Sequence record: DRR723986_13572 | DNA length: 64,000 nucleotides | Reading direction: 5' to 3' (one strand) | In this document: positions 60,142 to 64,000 of the stretch, piece by piece | Layout: each line of letters opens with the position of its first letter | Numbering within the stretch: the first letter of the stretch is position 1 | Translations under genes and position numbers: made by a program | The notes under the pieces: model-generated | The model's input: the letters and a program-made list of their open reading frames with translations, nothing else | Database searches by the model: none | What the model was told of the DNA's origin: nothing

Positions 60142-60936
60142 TTACTTTGAGACTCTAAAACTACCGGAAGTTTTATCGAAAGAAATAAGATCTTTAGGGA
60201 AAAGTGACTCAAATACTCCATGAGAAATTAGATTACATGGCTGATCGCAAACTACATTATCTTCTCTCATTACAATCATAGTGTCGCACAATTGAATGGC
60301 CAAATCAATTTCATGAGATGAAAACAAAATGGTCTTACCTGTCTCTTTTGTCAACTTCTGGAGTAATTTAAGAATATATGCCTTATGGTACATATCTAGA
60401 TGCGTCGTTGGTTCATCTAAAACAATGATATCTGTGTCTTGAGCCAAGGCACGTGCTAACATCACTTTTTGTAATTGACCATCACTTAGTTGAAAACATT
60501 TTTTATCTATAAGACTTTTAATATTAACTGACCTAATCGCATTATCAATAATATGTTCATCAGAGTTTGTAAGACTACCTATCCAATTTGTATAAGGATG
60601 TCGTCCTAATGCAATTAATTCATACACCGAAAGATTTTTAGATGTTAATGGCTCTGTCAAAACTATACTTAATTGCTTGGCTAGGTCTACGGTGCTTAGT
60701 TTATTAATATTTTGGCCATTTAATAATACAGATCCAGATATTGCTGGTTGAACCTTAATAAGTGTGCGTAGCAATGTAGATTTTCCAATTCCATTGGCGC
60801 CGACAAGACCGATTAACTGTCCTTTTTGTAATTCAAAATTTATATTATGCGCAATGACAGCTTGGGTTTTTTTAGATTTATATCCTATAGAAAGATCTTC
60901 AGCTTTTAAGACGATATGTGATGTTTCTTTTATCAT
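60142..60936 (-). CDS. btuD: Cobalamin/Fe-chelate ABC ATPase (BtuD-like)
   Basis: GANGIGKS, LSDGQ, LDEPTTHLD; B12 locus. Confidence 0.8.
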   Translation of the reverse strand: MIKETSHIVLKAEDLSIGYKSKKTQAVIAHNINFELQKGQLIGLVGANGIGKSTLLRTLIKVQPAISGSVLLNGQNINKLSTVDLAKQLSIVLTEPLTSKNLSVYELIALGRHPYTNWIGSLTNSDEHIIDNAIRSVNIKSLIDKKCFQLSDGQLQKVMLARALAQDTDIIVLDEPTTHLDMYHKAYILKLLQKLTKETGKTILFSSHEIDLAIQLCDTMIVMREDNVVCDQPCNLISHGVFESLFPKDLISFDKTSGSFRVSK

Positions 60937-60937
60937 A

Positions 60938-61966
60938 TTAAAACATCATTTTTCGTTGTCTTACTAATAGCCATATAACAACTGGTGCGCCAATAAGAGC
61001 GGTAATGGCATTTATTGGTAAAGTATAATCGCTTGTTGGTACTTGAGCAATACAGTCGCATATAAGCATAACAATAGCACCAAACAGAAATACTGCAGGT
61101 AATAAAATCTTATGATTAGAGGTTTTAAATATCTGACGTGTTAGATGTGGTATAGCTAAACCTATAAAAGCAATAGGGCCAGCAAATGCAGTTATAGTAC
61201 CAGCTATTAAGCTTGTAGCAAATATGATAATGAATCGACTCTGTTTAAGATTTAAACCTAAACTTTTCGCATAATTATCACCTAATAAAAGTGTATTTAA
61301 ACCCTTTATCGATGCAATACTAAGAAGTAACCCAATGCTATATATACAAAAGAAAATAAATAGTTCTTGCCATGATAAATTACTTAAACTGCCAAAACCC
61401 CAAAAGATGTATTGTTGCAATTGTTCTGCAGTGCTGAAATATGATAATACACTTACAACAGCAGCTGTTATGCTACCAAACATTAAACCAATAATAAGAA
61501 TTGCCATTGTATCTCTGACTCTGCTAGAAACGGCTAATACCGCAAGTAATACTAAAAAACTGCCTAAACTTGCTGCAATTACAATGCTCCATTTTGATAT
61601 AAGTGCTGTTGCAAAAAAGCCGCCAAAAAGACCAGAGCCTAAAATAACTAATGCTACACCCAAACTAGCACCAGAACTAATACCCAAAACAAAAGGACCA
61701 GCTAATGGGTTTCTAAATAATGTTTGCATAAGTAATCCGGAAATACCTAGTCCAGAACCAACTAAAATTGCCGTAATGGCTTTAGGAAGTCTAAAATTAG
61801 TTACAATTATTTCCCAGTTAGAATTATCAATACTGCCAAAAAGGCTCGTGAATATATCTCTTAAGGGAATACTTACCGAGCCAAGACTAATATTAATAAT
61901 AAAGCAGATAATTAGTATTAATACTAAACCTGTAAACTGTATATAATATGTATTCTTAATACTCAA
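60938..61966 (-). CDS. btuC: FecCD/BtuC family permease
   Basis: RLPKA..QTLFRNPLAGP..LGISSGA; GPIAFIGLAIPH. Confidence 0.82.
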   Translation of the reverse strand: MSIKNTYYIQFTGLVLILIICFIINISLGSVSIPLRDIFTSLFGSIDNSNWEIIVTNFRLPKAITAILVGSGLGISGLLMQTLFRNPLAGPFVLGISSGASLGVALVILGSGLFGGFFATALISKWSIVIAASLGSFLVLLAVLAVSSRVRDTMAILIIGLMFGSITAAVVSVLSYFSTAEQLQQYIFWGFGSLSNLSWQELFIFFCIYSIGLLLSIASIKGLNTLLLGDNYAKSLGLNLKQSRFIIIFATSLIAGTITAFAGPIAFIGLAIPHLTRQIFKTSNHKILLPAVFLFGAIVMLICDCIAQVPTSDYTLPINAITALIGAPVVIWLLVRQRKMMF

Positions 61967-63109
61967 TTAATAAAGTTGTTTAAAAAAGTAGGGTTTATAG
62001 TCTTCTAATAATTCAGGATGACAAACTTTAATAATATCCTTTAATACTAAATCTGGTCTTGCAGTACCTAATTCGTAATACAGGACTCCACCTGTTGATC
62101 CTGTTGTATTTGAAAAAGTGTAAATACTTTTATTTTTAAATGCCTCAAAATTAGTGTATAGGTTATTTGCGGCCTTTAGTTGTTCATAACTACTGTAATA
62201 TGATGGGTTTAACCAAATATCAGCATCTTGTGCCTTGTCTAAAACTACTTCAAAACTTAAAGCTAAACTACCATTTCCAGAAGTGTCAGCCCAAATATAA
62301 TCTACATTGGCATCCTTTAAAAATTGTGCCTCTGCACTCGATCCGTTGGGTAAATACCATACGTCTTTATGCATGGCTCCACTTAAAACCGTTGGGCGTT
62401 TTGAGGCCTTCTTTGCCAGCACTTTTGCTTTTAAATAATCATCTTCAATTTGGTTAAAAATTGAATCCGCTTCTTTTTCCTTATTAAATAATACTCCAAA
62501 GAATTTTATCCATTCTGCTTTTGCAAGTGCAGACGATTCTACCCAATCTCCATTGTAAACTACCGGAATATTAGCTTTTTTAATGGTTTCGAAGGTTTTA
62601 TTGACTCCATCTACACCGAAACCAATTACAACATCAGGATTTAGCTCTAATAATACTTCGGTATTGATACCTTCATTTTTTCCAAGTTCTCTTATATCTC
62701 CACTGTCAATGCGCTTTCTGGTTTTTTCTGAAGAGATATAGTCAGTACCAGGGAAGCCAACTAATGTCTGTTCAACCTCTAAAAGTTCAAGTGCAGGAAT
62801 ATGTGTAGTAGACGTTGTTACAATCTTTTCGATAGAGTCAATAATAAACCCATCAAATTGATTTTTTGGAAATATCATTTTAGCCATATTATCTTTTGAG
62901 ATGATACAATAATTGTATTCTCTATCTGCATTTGGCCACGGTTTTAAAATGGTTAAAACCTTATATAATTTGTAATTGATAACGGAAAAACCTTCGGCAT
63001 ATTTTAAGTCTAACTGCTTAAAATCCTCAATATTTGAAAAAGAAGGTTTTGATTCATCTTTACATGAAATCAAAACAATCAAAAAAAGAAGGATTTTAAA
63101 TGTTTTCAT
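61967..63109 (-). CDS. btuF: Periplasmic binding lipoprotein (BtuF-like)
   Basis: Lipobox LISC; class III SBP motifs AEWIKFFG, RPDLVLKD. Confidence 0.8.
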   Translation of the reverse strand: MKTFKILLFLIVLISCKDESKPSFSNIEDFKQLDLKYAEGFSVINYKLYKVLTILKPWPNADREYNYCIISKDNMAKMIFPKNQFDGFIIDSIEKIVTTSTTHIPALELLEVEQTLVGFPGTDYISSEKTRKRIDSGDIRELGKNEGINTEVLLELNPDVVIGFGVDGVNKTFETIKKANIPVVYNGDWVESSALAKAEWIKFFGVLFNKEKEADSIFNQIEDDYLKAKVLAKKASKRPTVLSGAMHKDVWYLPNGSSAEAQFLKDANVDYIWADTSGNGSLALSFEVVLDKAQDADIWLNPSYYSSYEQLKAANNLYTNFEAFKNKSIYTFSNTTGSTGGVLYYELGTARPDLVLKDIIKVCHPELLEDYKPYFFKQLY

Positions 63110-63169
63110 ATTTAACTAATGTAACGTATTGTATTACTTTCTCATTGTAATTTTTTTAAAACTACAATT

Positions 63170-63277
63170 ATGAGAAGCGATTCAAATTTAACACTATATA
63201 TCGTTGCTGGAATCATCATTTTACATTTTTTAGTAGGTTTTGTTTATCTCATTTATAAAATGAATAAGAAAAATTAA
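63170..63277 (+). CDS. Putative 35-aa single-TM small protein
   Basis: MRSDSNLTLYIVAGIIILHFLVGFVYLIYKMNKKN*; hydrophobic helix with basic C-tail, A-rich upstream context. Confidence 0.55.
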   Translation: MRSDSNLTLYIVAGIIILHFLVGFVYLIYKMNKKN

Positions 63278-63319
63278 GGTTTAGGACTTCAACTTTACTT
63301 TAATACATTATTTTTGCGC

Positions 63320-63515
63320 AGAAATCTGGTTCGGCGAAAAATGAGATCCTGAAATAAATTTAGGACGACTACGTCGATTAAAAGGGAATTTGGTGAAAAT
63401 CCAAAACTGTTCCCGCAACTGTAAGCTATAAAGCTTGTTATAAACTTCAATGTCACTGGAATAATTTTTCTGGGAAGACTAATAATAAGACGCAAGTCAG
63501 GAGACCTGCCAATTT
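63320..63515 (+). ncRNA. Cobalamin (B12) riboswitch
   Basis: GGT..AAAAGGGAATTTGGTGAAAATCCAAAACTGTTCCCGCAACTGTAA..GTCACTG..TGGGAAG..AAGTCAGGAGACCTGCC B12 box; upstream of a TonB receptor. Confidence 0.95.
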
Positions 63516-63591
63516 CAACATAGAAGTAAAACTTTCGGGATAAAAGTTTACGTATAGTTCGCTGTATGTTCTCGAGCAATTAAATTTTTAA

Positions 63592-64000
63592 ATGAACAAA
63601 ACTAAACTGTTTTGTGGCATGCTTGGTATAAGTATGTTATCTGTAAGTCTTGCCCAACAAAAGCAAGATTCTGTTAAGGTTGAACTATTAGACGAAATTG
63701 TTTTAACCGATTCTCGTTTTGAACTAAAACGAGAAAACTCTGGAAAAGTTATTACCAAAATCACACAAGCTGATTTAAAGAAGCTTCAAGGTCAATCCAT
63801 TGCCGAAATCATTGGGAGAACGGTTGGAGTAGACGTAAATGGCGTGCGAAGTAATACAGGTCAAAACCTAAATTATTTTGTAAGAGGTGGTCGAAATCGA
63901 CAAGTATTAATTCTCATTGATGGTATACAAGTCACTGATCCATCACAAATCGCTAATGATTATGATTTACGATTATTGAACGTAGACCAAGTAGAATCAA
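63592..64000 (+). CDS. btuB: TonB-dependent receptor (BtuB-like), 5' part only
   Basis: MNKTKLF... signal peptide, LDEIVLTDSR TonB box, plug motif FVRGG..QVLILIDG; follows the B12 riboswitch. Confidence 0.85.
   Translation, partial: MNKTKLFCGMLGISMLSVSLAQQKQDSVKVELLDEIVLTDSRFELKRENSGKVITKITQADLKKLQGQSIAEIIGRTVGVDVNGVRSNTGQNLNYFVRGGRNRQVLILIDGIQVTDPSQIANDYDLRLLNVDQVES

Noticed and set aside
59503-61946. Longer antisense ORFs (59503-59937, 61335-61946) and the many similar short ones in the track
   Set aside because: Fully nested opposite well-supported genes (rmuC, btuC etc.); typical codon-bias shadows with no motifs.
63295-63579. 94-aa minus-strand ORF
   Set aside because: It is the antisense of the cobalamin riboswitch; no protein features.

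Overview
AT-rich chromosomal segment of a Bacteroidota bacterium, most like a marine Flavobacteriaceae (fused ccoNO, T9SS C-terminal-domain cargo proteins, TAnnTTTG promoters, short CarB). It is mostly core metabolism: cbb3 oxidase/CcoI/FNR, a vWA + AAA+ pair, secreted peptidases, a MarR-led beta-oxidation operon, purL, an ECF sigma operon, envelope genes, rpmE2, mtaB, rpmH, carB, rmuC and a B12 uptake locus with a cobalamin riboswitch. I saw no CRISPR array, prophage, IS or rRNA/tRNA. The most interesting signals are non-coding. (1) Two unannotated promoter-hairpin-terminator units look like sRNAs, one exposing UAGGGUU twice and one exposing a CCCC loop, and a T9SS cargo leader carries C-rich sites partly complementary to the G-rich one, suggesting a possible G-loop/C-loop riboregulatory circuit. 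(2) Candidate operators for FNR, MarR and the ECF sigma can be read directly from the sequence. (3) A REP-like palindrome sits inside the cobalamin riboswitch. (4) At least five genes are disrupted, pointing to genome erosion or assembly error. All functional calls come from motif recognition only; no database searches were run.
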